This document shows, in pieces, positions 40,454 through 53,490 of a stretch of DNA of 64,000 nt. The stretch spans positions 38,442,001 through 38,506,000 of the forward strand of contig CM119372.1 in NCBI GenBank assembly GCA_051294905.1, read 5' to 3'. The DNA is from Botryllus schlosseri (Eukaryota). A program made the position numbers and the translations under genes. Positions within the stretch are counted from its first letter, which is position 1. Every line of letters starts with the position of its first letter. The notes below the pieces were generated by a model. That model worked only from the letters and a program-made list of their open reading frames with translations. It searched no databases and had not been told where the DNA came from.

Positions 40454-41408
40454 CTTCTTCATACCTTCCATATTCACGATCAAATCCAGTATCAAAATCA
40501 ATCCCAACAGGAATAGCTATCTGTTTACCTTACCAGGACTTCTGCTGTGTAACTCACATGACGTCATTTCATAGCTGAATGATTTCATATCCGTTTTTCA
40601 GCTTTTCGATTTATAATTTAAATTACTTGATAACTATCAGGTAATTTCAATTTTCATTATTTTATTCATATTCCTAACCACATAACGTACGAAATAAGGC
40701 AAAGTCATTTTTAAGATGCAGTTGACCTTTAATAGACGGAGATTGGTGATATCCATGTATTTCCTGGGGCATACTACGAAAGCATGCCATTACTACAACT
40801 TTACTACCGATATGTTGTTTTGTGATAGATCTCTTGCCTATATAGATATTGCGGTGGAATGTACGAAGAAAAGTATTGGACTTTTACTTGGATATTAGCA
40901 GATACAGTGAGGCTAGTAACACTGCATGGGCATGTGCTCTTCACAGAAGCATCGTATGAAGGTCTATCACCACTAAAATCCTAGATATATCCAATTTCGT
41001 GACGGCTATTTCTCCTCTGAACCAGACTTGGAAAACTGGAAAATTTGCAACTTTTCCAAATTAGATTAGAAGTAGAATTAGAGCTACACAGTCTTTTTCA
41101 AAATTAGATTAGAATTAGAATTAGAGCTACACATTTTTTTCCAAATTAGATTAGAATTAGAATTAGAATTTCTGAATTCGCAAAAACTTGGAAATTGAAT
41201 GAAATTGTGAATGAAAAATAAATACAGCAAAAACCAAGCTCAGTTCATATCAAATCACAGTGCATTCCTACAAGCATGAAAATAGTTAACGTCTGTACAT
41301 CAAGCTTTTATCGTTTTGCACTATACCAGGGATCCCCAACATGCAGTCACATGCGACCGACGATCTGGTTTGTGATTTTGGAAGAATGAGGTAAAGCATT
41401 TTGAAATC

Positions 41409-41965
41409 CAGGGTTGTAACCAAGTGCTCCGAGTCACAAGTCAATCTCACTTTTAAAGTTTTGACTCGAGTCAAGTCGAGTCATTTCAATTGGCCAGCGA
41501 GTCAAGTCCGAGTTCAAGTCATAGAGCAGAGGTTCGAGTCCGAGTCATGGGATAATGACTCGAGTCCGAGTCCAAGTCCTTGTGTTGACTGCTCAGTTTC
41601 CAGTTGGAGTCTTGTTAAAGCCACTGTTTTAACTCTGTTTGATGATATCGAATGGTTCGCATTTATAATATACTAGTTTTCCTCACTTTTAATAGTTTTT
41701 GGTCGCATTTTCAAGTACCAGTACCAATGGACGAAATCCCAATAGAGTGGTTACTCTATTATTCTTCGAAATTACAATGAAATGTCGGTCCTGGCTGTCT
41801 GAGTCTCGAGTCATATGACTTGGTTCTAGTAATGCGCAATGACTCGAGTCCAAGTCGAGTCATTTCCGTATTTTGAGAAAATGACTCGAGTCAAGTCGAG
41901 TCATCAGAAAATCGTGACTCGAGTCTGACCCGATTCGAGTCATGACTCGAGTCATTACAACCCTG
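41409..41965. mobile_element. hAT MITE with GACTCGAGTC repeats
   Basis: CAGGGTTGTAA / TTACAACCCTG, perfect TSD TTGAAATC. Confidence 0.92.
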
Positions 41966-42564
41966 TTGAAATCTGAAATCGATTTCAGTAGGAAATTAGT
42001 GTAATTGTTTCAAAATAAGCTATTCGCCTGTACCCAACAACACTATTCCTCGCCAACTGACAAGACGTCGGCCATGGAAACATCGATGAACAGAAAGTTG
42101 ATATGAGCATATTGCCTTGACCTACAATGGCCCAGACACTATACCAAGACCGAGGCGTTTAGAAAACGGCCTAGGGATTTCCTACAAGATCAATCTTTAG
42201 GATGAGATAGTCTTTCATATATGGTAACATGTCTGCCTATCCCTAATATCGATTCCTTAGTCACTGAAAAGTCTGACCAGGTATCGTGCGCAGCTCATAG
42301 TTCAAAATTTAAATGATGTTTACAATCATGATATTTCGTGTTTTATATGTAGGCCTACTTCCTTAATAGAATATTACTCCTTTTAGGGTAACCAGGCCAA
42401 TCGCCCATGTTACCGAGAACGGCGTTGTACTAACGTAAAGTTTTAATAGCATGGTTGCTCAACTGTGTTGGCTATTTTGTCTCAATATTGCATGATTGCG
42501 ACCCGAGGCCTCTACGAAATGTCAATTGTGGCCCGCGACCCGTTTTGAGTTGGCGACCCCTGCA

Positions 42565-42700
42565 GTTCTCCTGCATGGCTGAAATTTCGTTCCGGTGGAG
42601 CTAATGTTGCAGTGATGCCTACGAGTTCTTGAGCAGATGCCTTAACATGAGGAAAACGGTTTTCTCTTTTCCAGTTACTCAAAACATCGCAGTCCATGCT
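42565..42700 (-). pseudogene. hAT transposase C-terminal dimerisation-domain remnant
   Basis: DVLSNWKRENRFPHVKASAQELVGITATLAPPERNFSHAG fits the W..FP..A..ATS..ERxFS.AG pattern. Confidence 0.8.
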
Positions 42701-42864
42701 CTCACGCTCTGCTTCGATCTCTTTTCACTGAATTCTCTAATATATTTCATTGGTTGGATCTAAAGCAATCATCCTCTTTTTTCTTGATGTAGTTAAGGGC
42801 ATGTAAGTGAACAAGCCTGTGTTAACGATCTCTTTTTCTTCGCTGCTGTTCTGTTTGTGATCGA

Positions 42865-43415
42865 AACTAGAAAGTTATTCGCAGACCACACGCTACTCGT
42901 TTGGTAACTCGGTCAAGGAAGCGTGACCACGTAACGCCGATTCTTAGATCCCTTCATTGGTTACCCGTGAAATTTAGGTCTGAATACAAGCTTCTTCTGT
43001 ACGTCTTCAAATGCATGGAGGGAAGTGCACCAACGTATCTTCGTGAGCTAGTGACAATGTATAATCCCGGAAGAGCGCTACGTTCTCAGTCCCAAATGCT
43101 CTTGTCAGTTCCAAGAGTTAGAACATCGACCTACAGTGTGAGAACCTTTTCTTCCTCGGCCGCCATTCTGTGGAACAATCTTCCAATTTCTATCAGACTA
43201 TGTGACTCGCTATATGTTTTCAAACGCAAAATCAAGACCGCTTTATTCACACGAGCGTCCGGACTAGAGTAGTGTTCTTTCCGCCCTACAACTATGCACT
43301 TCGTCTTTTATACATATCGTTTACTTTTATATTTTATTGCCTTTTATGTACAGCGCCCTAGTGTAGTAATGACATATTGTTATATTCGGCGCTCTATAAA
43401 TTAATATATTATATT
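42865..43415 (+). mobile_element. L2-clade (CR1 group) LINE 3' end
   Basis: ORF 42901-43272 RDHVTPILRSLHWLPV..APTYL..LRS..LWNNLP..FKRKIKT; 3' UTR AGCGCC..GGCGCT stem and AT-rich tail. Confidence 0.9.
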
Positions 43416-43831
43416 CTTTATTCACAGTAAAACTGGTAGATACTCACATAATCCGGGGAGCAACCTGCCCCCAAAGGAAAATGGCGAGATTGGAGTAAAT
43501 TTTTAAAATTTCAGTAATACATTCAAATTGTTATTCCTATGCAATACACGGAGAAGTCAGATTACAGAATTGCAGCAGATGAAGAATTGTCAAGGGTTAC
43601 AGAGCAGAGGTAGAGATGATTGAAGATGAAGAATCGAAATTACAGAAATTATGCTGTGATTCACAAGTGTAATTTTAGTCCAGTGGTGCATTCAAGGCCT
43701 TCCGAAGAATATGCACAGTGCCCAATAATGTGATTTTCTGGATCATGTCGAATCGAACGTTACCCGGAATTTGTTGGATGTGCCTATGCCAGCATGGATA
43801 TTATTCGTCACAATAACTACTAGGACTATAC

Positions 43832-44257
43832 CAGTGGTTACCAAACGGTGGGGAATTCCCCACTGGTGGGAATTCAATGGTTTCTGGTGGGGAATAGACG
43901 CATTTGTTCAAAATTATATATAGGACAGTCTAAATATTCACGGAGACACATGTGCAATTACCGTTACCAGTTGATTGCTCTGAAATGTATGTAACGAAAA
44001 TTATATTGCGTGTTGTTTACAAAACCTCATTTTAACTCTGGATGGACAATCATGGCGTCACAAACGCATCCAGCACGACTAGGTTGACGTGAAATAACGC
44101 TTTCGCGAAATTTTCAGCGTTACTGGTATCGGTTCACAATACGTTATATGTTTCAGGTATAGACGATTGTCTTGCGTACTGGTGTAGTTGTGTGTCTTGT
44201 GTAGTCAAACCAGCAAATAGCTGCTCTGTGATGACAAAAATGCTGGGTAGTGGGGAA
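43832..44257. mobile_element. Left portion of a hAT-Charlie MITE (GGGAAT repeats)
   Basis: CAGTGGTTACCAAAC..GGGGAATTCCCC, similar to the 45107 end. Other end not found. Confidence 0.6.
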
Positions 44258-45080
44258 CAGGACCGTAACTGCCGCACCCCAAACCCCCCAATGGGGGGGG
44301 GGGGGGGGGGCTCGAGGAGCCCAAATTTATTTCGTGAATTAACATAAATTAAAGTATCTTTTAAAATTTATGCCACTTTTTCAAACAAATTTCGCGCTGG
44401 GTGCGCGATGTTTTATTGCCAATTATCTAATTATTGGGTACCATTTCCCCACGAAAATACGTAGAATTTATAGAAATGTAGACTTTGGCTTCGGCTATTA
44501 CTGCGCCCCGACGCACCAAGGCAAATGAAATGATAGGCCATGCAACATGCAATTTCGAGAAGTGTGCCAGAACGATCAGCAGCGAGAAGACCTCAGCCGA
44601 ATGTTGTCGTGACCCACAACTTCGATATATATACAATATACAATACATATATGTTTAATTAGCTAAATGGCTGGCGCCGAATGTTCCCTACAGGACAAAT
44701 GCCATCCCGCAGGGAAAAATTATTTGCCAATAAAGCAATACCAATTTGAAATCGTGTGTGCCTTTTAGTTTTGGCGATTTCCTTATCTTTTGACATAGCA
44801 GACATAGGAGGTCACGGAGTAGCATAATATAACGAAGTCAATATAGCCAACCAACGGGTCTGCCCGAAGATGTTCAATTCTTATTTAGGGGTCCTACCTT
44901 TTCCAACACACCTCACTCAGCTGTACCGGTAAATCTGATTGCGTGAGCAGAGAGGGGATAAAAAATTGAAAGCAAAATATATGCAATTCCCGATGATATT
45001 GGCCGATTCAAACACGAATTATATAAATTTTTCGCGCTTCGCGCGTTTAGTCGAAATAGGGCGACGCACTAAACAGTAGA
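44258..45080. mobile_element. Truncated copy of the 31118 Tip100-like family
   Basis: Starts CAGGACCGTAACTGCCGCACCCAAACCCCC with long collinear similarity to 31118-32260. Confidence 0.85.
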
Positions 45081-45106
45081 ACCATTGTAGCTGATAAGTG
45101 GTAGGG

Positions 45107-46623
45107 CAGTGGTTCCCAACCAGGGAGGAATTCCCCCCTTGGGGGGAATTTTGCAATTTTTAGGGGGGAATTCGACTTTAGAATTGTAACGGATTTCCCA
45201 AATTGTTCATATTCGAACAGTCATTTAGTCAACCAGGTATATCCGAACGTATACTCCTTATGGCTCTTTTTTGTTTGCTGAAAGTATGTTCAAATGCTAT
45301 TGAAATTTCTTTTCCACATACAAATCCCCCCAGCCCTTTTTCAATTAGTTCAGATGTGCTGCAGTTCGCAAGACAATTTTGTGGGCCAGCGGCAGCCTCT
45401 CAATCAAATATATCCTACTCGTGCCGAATCTATCACAACAAGGCCTCTAGTGAAAGTATTTATCTTATATTTTCAAGTCAACATTTTCAGACTGTGACTA
45501 AATATTCCAACGTCATCGATTCAAGTCAGAGAGATCGCTAGCCTTGCTTTATTTTTAGTGAACAGCTACCCGACCGAAAAAAGACATGGTAAACTTGGTG
45601 CAATGTTGCCGAAACGTAATGGGCGTCCTAAATTTCAATGAGCTCCAGCAGGGAATCTGATCACGTGTATGTTATATATCAGGGCTGTAACCCAGTCAAG
45701 AGGCTCCGAGTCACAAGTCAATCTCCCTTTCATAGTTTTGACTCGAGTCAAGTCGAGTCATTTTCAATTCACCATTGAGTCAAGTCCAAGTCACCGAGCA
45801 GACGGTCGAGTCCGAGTCATGGTATTATGACTCGAGTACGAGTCCAAGTCACACTCAAGTCAACACTGTTTGGTGATATTTAATGATTTGGATTTATGAT
45901 ATACTAATTTTCCTCACTTTGAGCAGTTTCTTGTCGCATTGTCAAGTACCAGGATCATTAGACGAACTTCCAACAGGGTGGTAACTTTACTGTTCTTCGA
46001 AACTACAATGACCAGTCGGTCTTGGCCGTTTTATAGTCTTGAGTCATATGACTTGGTTCGAGTCATGCACAATGACTAGAGTCCAAGTCGAGTCAATACC
46101 CAGATTGTCTCGAGTGTAGTCGTTTCGTTTCCGTATGTTGAGAAAATGACTCGAGTCAAGTCGAGTTATCAGAAAATGGGACCCGAGTCAAACTCGAGTC
46201 TGGTCAACCCTGCTATATATCAACATACCACTATTGTTGGCCAAATGCATGCGCAAACTTGAGAAAAAAAATCGCGAGACCAGTAAATTTATGGATACTG
46301 AATTTTCACAGTAGTTATATTAGCGATTTGTGCATGGTAAGCCGAAAACACAAATGGAAGTGATGTGGGGGTCTGTTGAGTCAAGCCTTCCGGAATTTGT
46401 GTGATTGGGACCAAGACCATGGTTTTTGGAGGTCTACAAAGTGTTATTACAGCACTGCTAGAAACAAACACCCGGTACCGCCCGTCTTATTCTCTTAGTC
46501 AACAGATGTTTGCGCGGTAAAAATGACCATTTTTAATCATCGGGCAGATTTATCCTAAGGGAGGAATTTTGGCTAAAATTTCGGCCAAGGGAGTCACGAG
46601 ATGAAAAAGGTTGGGAACCACTG
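45107..46623. mobile_element. hAT-Charlie/Buster non-autonomous element
   Basis: CAGTGGTTCCCAACC / GGTTGGGAACCACTG, perfect TSD TGGTAGGG. Confidence 0.92.
45680..46212. mobile_element. Second GACTCGAGTC hAT MITE (same family as 41409)
   Basis: CAGGGCTGTAAC .. TCAACCCTG, TSD TTATATAT / CTATATAT, collinear with 41409-41965. Confidence 0.88.
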
Positions 46624-47218
46624 TGGTAGGGGATAACGTACAGGCTACAGACGGATATTCTTGTTAACTCGCTGCAAAATGCCGCGGAAAAAGAGGGATT
46701 TTCAGGAAAACAACAAATTAGATTAGAACTAAATTTAGATCATAGGAACATTTGACAAATTAGATTAGAATTAGAATTAGAGCATAGGAACATTTCACAA
46801 ATGAGATTAGAATTAGATTACTGGCATTTCGCTCCAATTTAGTGAAATTCGACAACTAGAATTTTCTAGTTGTCCAAGTCTGCTCTGAACGCTGTAGTAC
46901 GGAGAAACCAAGCATGTCCACTTGCGCCTGTCGCTCACGCAATGTTACAACGTCTAAAGATTGCGTCGTTTCATTAATACAGGGGTGGCCAACCTTTTCA
47001 GCCAAAGGACCACATTGAATTGACCAACCAATGCGCGGGTCACTAGCCGCGAGGAACGAGATTTTGATCAAAGTTTATGGGTCAATAATATTGTTACGTG
47101 CGTACATTGCGGGTCTGCCGTATATCGCTGTGATCAGTTTGCAAGGAGAGGACTATTCGGCGCCCGGACATATAGATATCGAAATCTGCGGCCAACATGC
47201 GTCAGTCATTATGTGCCT

Positions 47219-50200
47219 TAGGGTTGTTCAAAATTTGGAAAATGTTTGGAATTCTGCGTGTCCATCGCTTATTCTGTAGATTATTGTTAAAAAACAATAA
47301 TGGGCTTGAAAGAAGCTCGCAGGAAAGCCGCTAACATTTGTCTAAATGCGTTTGAAAGTCGTTGTTGAAGAGTGGGCGGGCAATCACGAAACCACGGTTC
47401 TTGATTGGGTAATCGGCTAAGCTTCACTGATTACTGCAACAGCTGACTCGGATTCGGGAGCTTGGCTTTACTAAATTGAAAGTCTGTTTTGCTGAGGTAG
47501 AGTCTGTTAGTAGCGGTTGTGGTTCTGTACAAGCGCGTTGTGGGTTGATGAGTCATTAGTAGTACTGTAACACGTGTTCTTTGAATGCTTCAGAGTCGAT
47601 AGCAGTAGTTTATGATTTGGAGCAACAATAGTGCAGTCATGGCAGAGGCAAAACGGCGAAAGATTGCACACATGCCGCAGCGAAGAACAAGATCCAAATC
47701 TGAGCAGTACTTGGTCGGATATACTTGCGATTACATCTGTGGCTCGAGATTACCTACTATACGAGAAGTATAATGAGTTACTTGCTGCATCTGAAAGAGC
47801 ATTGTCCTCAGTCAACCCCTACTCATGAACTATATGTACTGTGGTGGTGGATGATGTAATGACAGTGTGGAAAATGGCGAGAATTGCGACAATGCAGAAA
47901 TCACATGTGCTGCGATCACTTCAAAACCTGCACGAAAGATGGCGTGATCTGAAAAAGAATCCGAAACAGGAAAGTGATCCCAAGGGTATGAGGAGAAAAT
48001 TCACTGATAATTTGGACAAGCTGTGGGATATTGGAAGTAGAGATGCCATAACAACAATAGAAAATGACATTTATCTATCACATGAAAGAAAGCTTGAAGA
48101 CATTGCATTTTATGAAGATCAACGGAAATCTTGCCAGTCAATAATGTTGGGAAGAGACAAAATTCTGGCTAAAGACCTCAAAAAGAAAACAGCAGCCATT
48201 GCAGATCAAACTGTTGAAAACGTTTCACACGACTCAAGTTCTGACTATGTTGTTTTAGCATCTTCGTCATCTTCAAAAGAGGGTGACAGTTTGAGTTCAA
48301 GTTCTGACTATGATGCTGATGTTGGACTTGGCACCTCGACCCAATCCATTAAACTGATGGCACCTAAAAATATTATGAAAAATACGCATGTGTCCCAAGC
48401 TCTGGATCGATTGCAAGTAACTGACAACGATGCCGATGGGAGCATTTATTAAGGCTTGTGGAGGAGATATAGCCATGTTCTCCCTGTCAAGATCTTCAAC
48501 GAAGAGAGTCAGGGAAACAAATCGCCTGAAAATATCTCGGGACATTTTGGAAAAATTTGCCGAAAATAGACCACAGCATGTTGCCATTCATTGGGATGGA
48601 AAGCTCACAGAGGATAGATTAGGAAATCGATATGAAGCTTTGTCAATTGTTCTATCTTGTCAACCTCAATACTCGGAAGGAAAACTATTTGGAATTCAGA
48701 AGATACAAAATGCGGCAGGTCAGACACAAGCTGAAACTACTTTCGACATAATTAAAAAGTGGGATACAAGATGCTGTAACAGCTTTGGTTTTTGACACCA
48801 CAGCAAGCAACAGCGGCTGGAAGAAGGGTGCAGCGAAGATCCTTGAGGACCTTCTAGGAAAGAAGGTTTTTTACCATGTGTATGAGCTAATAGTCAAAGA
48901 CGTCTGGAAATGTTTATTTGGAAAAGCAACAACCGGACCAGAGAACACATGGTTTGCCCACCTTAAGAAGAGCTGGAGCAGTCTTGACAGAAAACAGCAA
49001 TTCAAGACTCTGACTATTCCTATATGCTTTAAAGAACGAGCAGCAATGACAATTGAGAACTTCAAGCTACTACTCGCCAGAAAAGATTTCTTTACACGGG
49101 ATGACTACAAACAATGTGTGACTAATGCTCTTGCTCTTCTCGGTGCAGATGGAGATATACATCATCACAAAACTGGTGCAACACACCATGCAAGGTGGAT
49201 GGGCACAATTCTGTATGCTCAGGAGATGTTCATGTGGGCTGGTCAGTTACATTACAAATCTGAAGAAGTGGAACTGCTGCATTGCTTCAATTTATTTTTA
49301 GTTCTCTTTTATATCTCTGCCTGGGTTGCTTCCAGCATCGGTCGTGATGCAGCCGGTAATGACTTGAGATTCATCCAGGACATGTTGAGTTACAAGGAAC
49401 ATGATGAACAAGTTTCCAAAGCTGCTTCACAGAAGCTTTTAAAGCACGACTGGTATATCGTGGAGGACACTACAAGGACACTACTTTGTCTGATTTTATT
49501 GGGCCACAGTCGTGGTACATATTTGATGTTTTTGAATGCTCTGGGGCGTGGCTAGCTCAACCGGTTGATGTTTGGCACTTATCAGATTCCTACACCAGAA
49601 TGAGCTCCTACATCAGTTCTGTCAAAGTCGTTAATGATGCCGCAGAACGAGGTGTAAAGCTAAGCACAGACTATGCTGCAATCTTGTCTGACAATGAACA
49701 ACAAAGAGACAGTCTGCTTCAAGCTGTGGAACAGCATAGGAAGACAGTTGGAGACAGCAGGAAGTCAACTCTAATCAAAAGTCTGTAATCTGCAACTTGT
49801 GCCTAACAATGCAACACTGATCTGCAACGTACTTTTTTAATGTCTTTTCACTCTTTTGTAAATAGTGCTTTTCGCCTTCATTCAATTGTGAATAAAAAGT
49901 GTAATATGCGTTCGTTTATGGGTGAGACGTCGACTAGTCATAACAAGTACTGCTGAGATGTTGAATCCTGGTGGTAAATTTTTGAGTTTCACTCACTGTC
50001 AGTAACTTTTGAAAAGGTTGAAGGTAGCAAGATGCATGCATCTAGTTTATTCGTATCTCAACTAGCGAGAGCACCTGTGCAATACATAGCACTTATACAC
50101 ATTCTGCAGGTAGATATTAACTTAGGCGGTTGCATGTTGTACTATGGACTCTTGATGACAACATTAACAAAGGCAATATATCATGTCTGTAATGACACCA

Positions 50201-50507
50201 ACAGAAACGACTGCAGAACAGCACGCAAAAATCGTTACCAGCAGTGTTCACAAAGTCGGTCTTTCAGCCAATCATTAGCTTATTATTACCGGCTTCAACC
50301 AATCAGGATTAATGGCTTCTCTTTGCCCGCCCACTTCATCGATTCCCCGCCCACTCGCCGACGGCTACTTTCAAACGCATTTAGACAAATATTACCGGCT
50401 TTCCTGCGAGCTTCTTTCTAGCCCATTATTGTTTTTTAACAATAATCTACAGAATAAGCGATGGACACGCAGAATTCCAAACATTTTCCAAATTTTGAAC
50501 AACCCTA
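47219..50507 (+). mobile_element. hATm-like autonomous-type transposon with TIRs of about 140-160 bp
   Basis: TAGGGTTGTTCAAAATTTGG.. near-perfect long TIRs, flanking direct repeat TGTGCCT, decayed transposase inside. Confidence 0.85.
47639..49788 (+). pseudogene. hATm-like transposase with several frameshifts and deletions
   Basis: Motifs across successive frames: GSRLPTIREV, HWDGKL, VFDTTASNSG..GA, RDDYK, GATHHARWM, VVNDAAERGVKL, VEQHRK. The expected CxHH motif appears deleted at KVFYHVYEL. Confidence 0.8.
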
Positions 50508-51479
50508 TGTGCCTAGGTTTCTTCGTCGACGGTTTTGCGAGAGCAAACGCTAGGTCCCATGTTGGACGGCGCTTTCTCTCGTAATTGCGAATATAGTATG
50601 ACTCAGCCTGGTGCATTGGCCTTTTATCATTTTCAGGAGGGGCTAACACTGTTGAAAGCAAGAAATAGAGTGACAACATATTGCGCGAAATGTGAAAAAA
50701 ATATTTACTTCAGACAAATCTACCGCAAATTTTTTTACTTTATTGTAATTTACGAAGATCTGCCAAAAATGTGACTGCCAATGGATCTGCCAATGCGTCG
50801 GAACTGATATTTTAGTCTCGCGGTCTACCGGTTGGCAGCCCTGCATTAATGAGTACATTGCAGTTTCCCTATCTTTTAGGCGCCCAAAGCTCTACTTATC
50901 CGTCGATCCGACCCGCATCGACTGACGTGGATCAGCGTGGCGTGGAATATCGAACGGCGAAAATAGATTAAGCGAGCTATATAACGAGTTTAACTGTCAT
51001 TTAGTCATGAGCGCATGTATTTTAATATGTAAGTAGCAGATCAAATTTCGAATATTACATAACAATTGTAACGGGATCCTCCATCACGTCTCACCTTCAT
51101 TTTCAAGTGTTATTTCTTTCGATAATGTCGCAACTGCACACATCCGCATGCCTATGTGCTATGTCTGACTCGATGTAAATCGAATTGCCATACGTAATAG
51201 GCGTTATGATTTTGCTCGGTGACGGCTAGCTTTTCGTGGTGTCGCAATCGCATTATTTCGGAAATAAATCACTTCGAAAGCTGATTATGGTAATGATGGT
51301 AAATTTAGATGGTAAATAAATATATTTCGAAGTCCTGCGTTTCACATTCTCGCTAGTGCCGGCAGTCTGGTGCAGTTATCGACAATAGTGCCTATTAATA
51401 GTGTTCCAAACAATCGTTTCCACAATGGATTACAAAAACAAAGCTCGAAAGTTGAAAGGACGGAATTAGTATTCCAGGG

Positions 51480-51790
51480 TTTCCGCTGCTAGAATGGTTG
51501 GCCAATACGAAATGATTCAATTCAAAAGATTCATATACACGTTAGATATCGGGAAAAAAACGACAACACTCCTTAGTTTTTGGTCCTACGAAAGATGCGT
51601 CATATCCAGAGAACTATATTCGTACGTGGTACGTAGTGCGGCATCAATACGAGCAACCAGCCGCCGTCATCATCAACCACATGCCCACAGAGCCATGGCG
51701 CTGAGGCGACTGATTTAGCACAACGTGCGCTGTCGTTTGAAGACGCCCACGACCGCCTACGCTGGAGGAGCATAACATGAGCGTAAAACT
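51480..51790 (+). mobile_element. Possible decayed RTE-type LINE 3' end
   Basis: One frame ends ..EDAHDRLRWRSIT*, resembling the A.DR..WR C-terminus of RTE ORF2. Upstream motifs are weak. Confidence 0.3.
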
Positions 51791-51909
51791 GAATAGTTTG
51801 ATGTTCTTTTGTTCCCTGTTTTTATTTGCCCTCTTCATTTAATTAAAAATCCGATATATATATATTGCCAAGACATTATTACAATGATGGTCATACATTT
51901 TGTCTAGAT

Positions 51910-53148
51910 CAGGGGTTCTCAAAGGGTGGGCCACAGGAGCATTTGAGGTGGGCCAAAAAGCTATTTGGAATATTGTAGAACTAGTGAAAATTTGGGTATA
52001 TTTGTAATATTATTCGCTGAAAAATATATTCATATTATAAAATTATGCGTAGGCTACCTTAAGTTTTTCATCCGACTCTGATGGGACGTAATGGCACGTA
52101 TGGAGTCACAATCTACAAGTCTAAAATGGAAGGGGAAACGGAGGCTTTTATCCCCGGGCTACGACAACCTACGGCTAACGGCAACGAAAATAATTTCGAT
52201 TATGTATTAACATGAAGTTAGTGCTAAAGTGACCAAGTATTCCAGCAGGGTCGTATGCCGTTGAAGGGGGTGTGCATTAAACTCGGAAAGAAGTGTCTTT
52301 GATGTAGATTTACTGTATATAGTATATAGTATATAGAAAGAAGTGTATTTGATGTAGATTTACAGTACCTTGGCTGGTCGTATTATTGTAATATAAAAAT
52401 AGCCATCATCGCCATTTATTATCAATTCAACTTCCTATCGAAGTATACGGCACCACCGCGACGAATCGTAATGTATTGACGATTTAGAGCAGTGCGTGCA
52501 TTAATGTTTGGAGTCGGTTTAAAATTTCCACCTCGAAATCTTTGCACATAATGTAAGAGTCACATGAAATTATTGTACCATTGGATTGAATGCTCTGACA
52601 TCGCAACTTCAGTAGATACAGGACATACTATATGTACATTGTACAGCTTGAACATTGAAATATTCTTTCTCCACATCTGTGCAGTGTTTGAAGCTGGCTC
52701 AACCCCAATCCGCACCATTGTGGAAGTAAAACCGCAATCACACAGTGGATGCGGGGATTAGATTATTGGGTTTCGCGACGTGAGTGGAACAGCGGCCATA
52801 TTAATGTACACAAGAGTTATACGATCTGCCAGGACCGTAACTGACTCACCTAAAACTCCCAATTGGGGGGAGCTCAAAGGGGCCCAAATTTATTTGGTCG
52901 TTTGTTTGTTGGATAGATTTATTCAACTTGAAAGTTTTCGTGGCGCTTCGCGCGATTTGATTACTTTGAAGGTCTACATTTGTTATGATCATTAAGAGAA
53001 AAATGCGCAGATTTTAGAGAAATATGCATATCGGCACCAGTGATGACTACGCCTTGGACGGGACTATGACTCTAGGATAAAAGGTGGGCCACAGAACAGT
53101 TTCAAACCGGAAAATAGGCCACGGGCAAAGAACGGCTGAGAACCCCTG
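51910..53148. mobile_element. hAT-Charlie non-autonomous element
   Basis: CAGGGGTTCTCA / TGAGAACCCCTG, TSD GTCTAGAT / GTCCAGAT, GTGGGCCA subterminal repeats. Confidence 0.88.
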
Positions 53149-53349
53149 GTCCAGATGTAGGCCTATTATTTTATTATGTTATTACCTGTCTCCAGAAAGG
53201 TACTTATTTGTTGCTATGCGTATTCTTCCTTGATTGGCCGGGCTGCAAGAGAGTGTACACCTGGTAACTCGACCTGCCACGATGGTTACGCAAAGTCTCA
53301 AATCCACACTTGGAATATATTCTAACAAAATGGAGTTATTACGGCGCTG

Positions 53350-53490
53350 CAGTGTTGGGATCAAGTCACTACCTTCGAGTCACGAGTCATTTCAAGTCAT
53401 TGCACCTTTTGACTCGAGTCAATTCAAGTCACTCGATTTTTGGAGGAGACTCGGGTCAAGTAGAATCAAGTCACTAGTCGAGTCTAGTTG
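53350..53490. mobile_element. Left end of a hAT MITE with AGTC repeats
   Basis: CAGTGTTGGG start and clustered TCAAGTCA / GACTCGAGTC motifs. Confidence 0.55.

Larger units (their letters stand above)
37875..40728. mobile_element. Kolobok DNA transposon, both ends present, internally decayed
   Basis: Perfect 16-bp TIR AGGTCAACTGCATCTT, TTAA TSD on both sides, two convergent pseudogenes. Confidence 0.92.
41023..46882 (-). mobile_element. Deleted hAT (Ac-like) element carrying at least six nested insertions
   Basis: TIR CAGACTTGGA.AACT.GAAAATT at both ends, perfect TSD CTCTGAAC, TTAGAA arrays near both ends, hAT dimerisation remnant inside. Confidence 0.85.
46980..50843. mobile_element. hAT-Charlie MITE split by the hATm-like insertion
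   Basis: CAGGGGTGGCCAACC / GGTTGGCAGCCCTG, TSD CATTAATA / CATTAATG. Confidence 0.8.
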
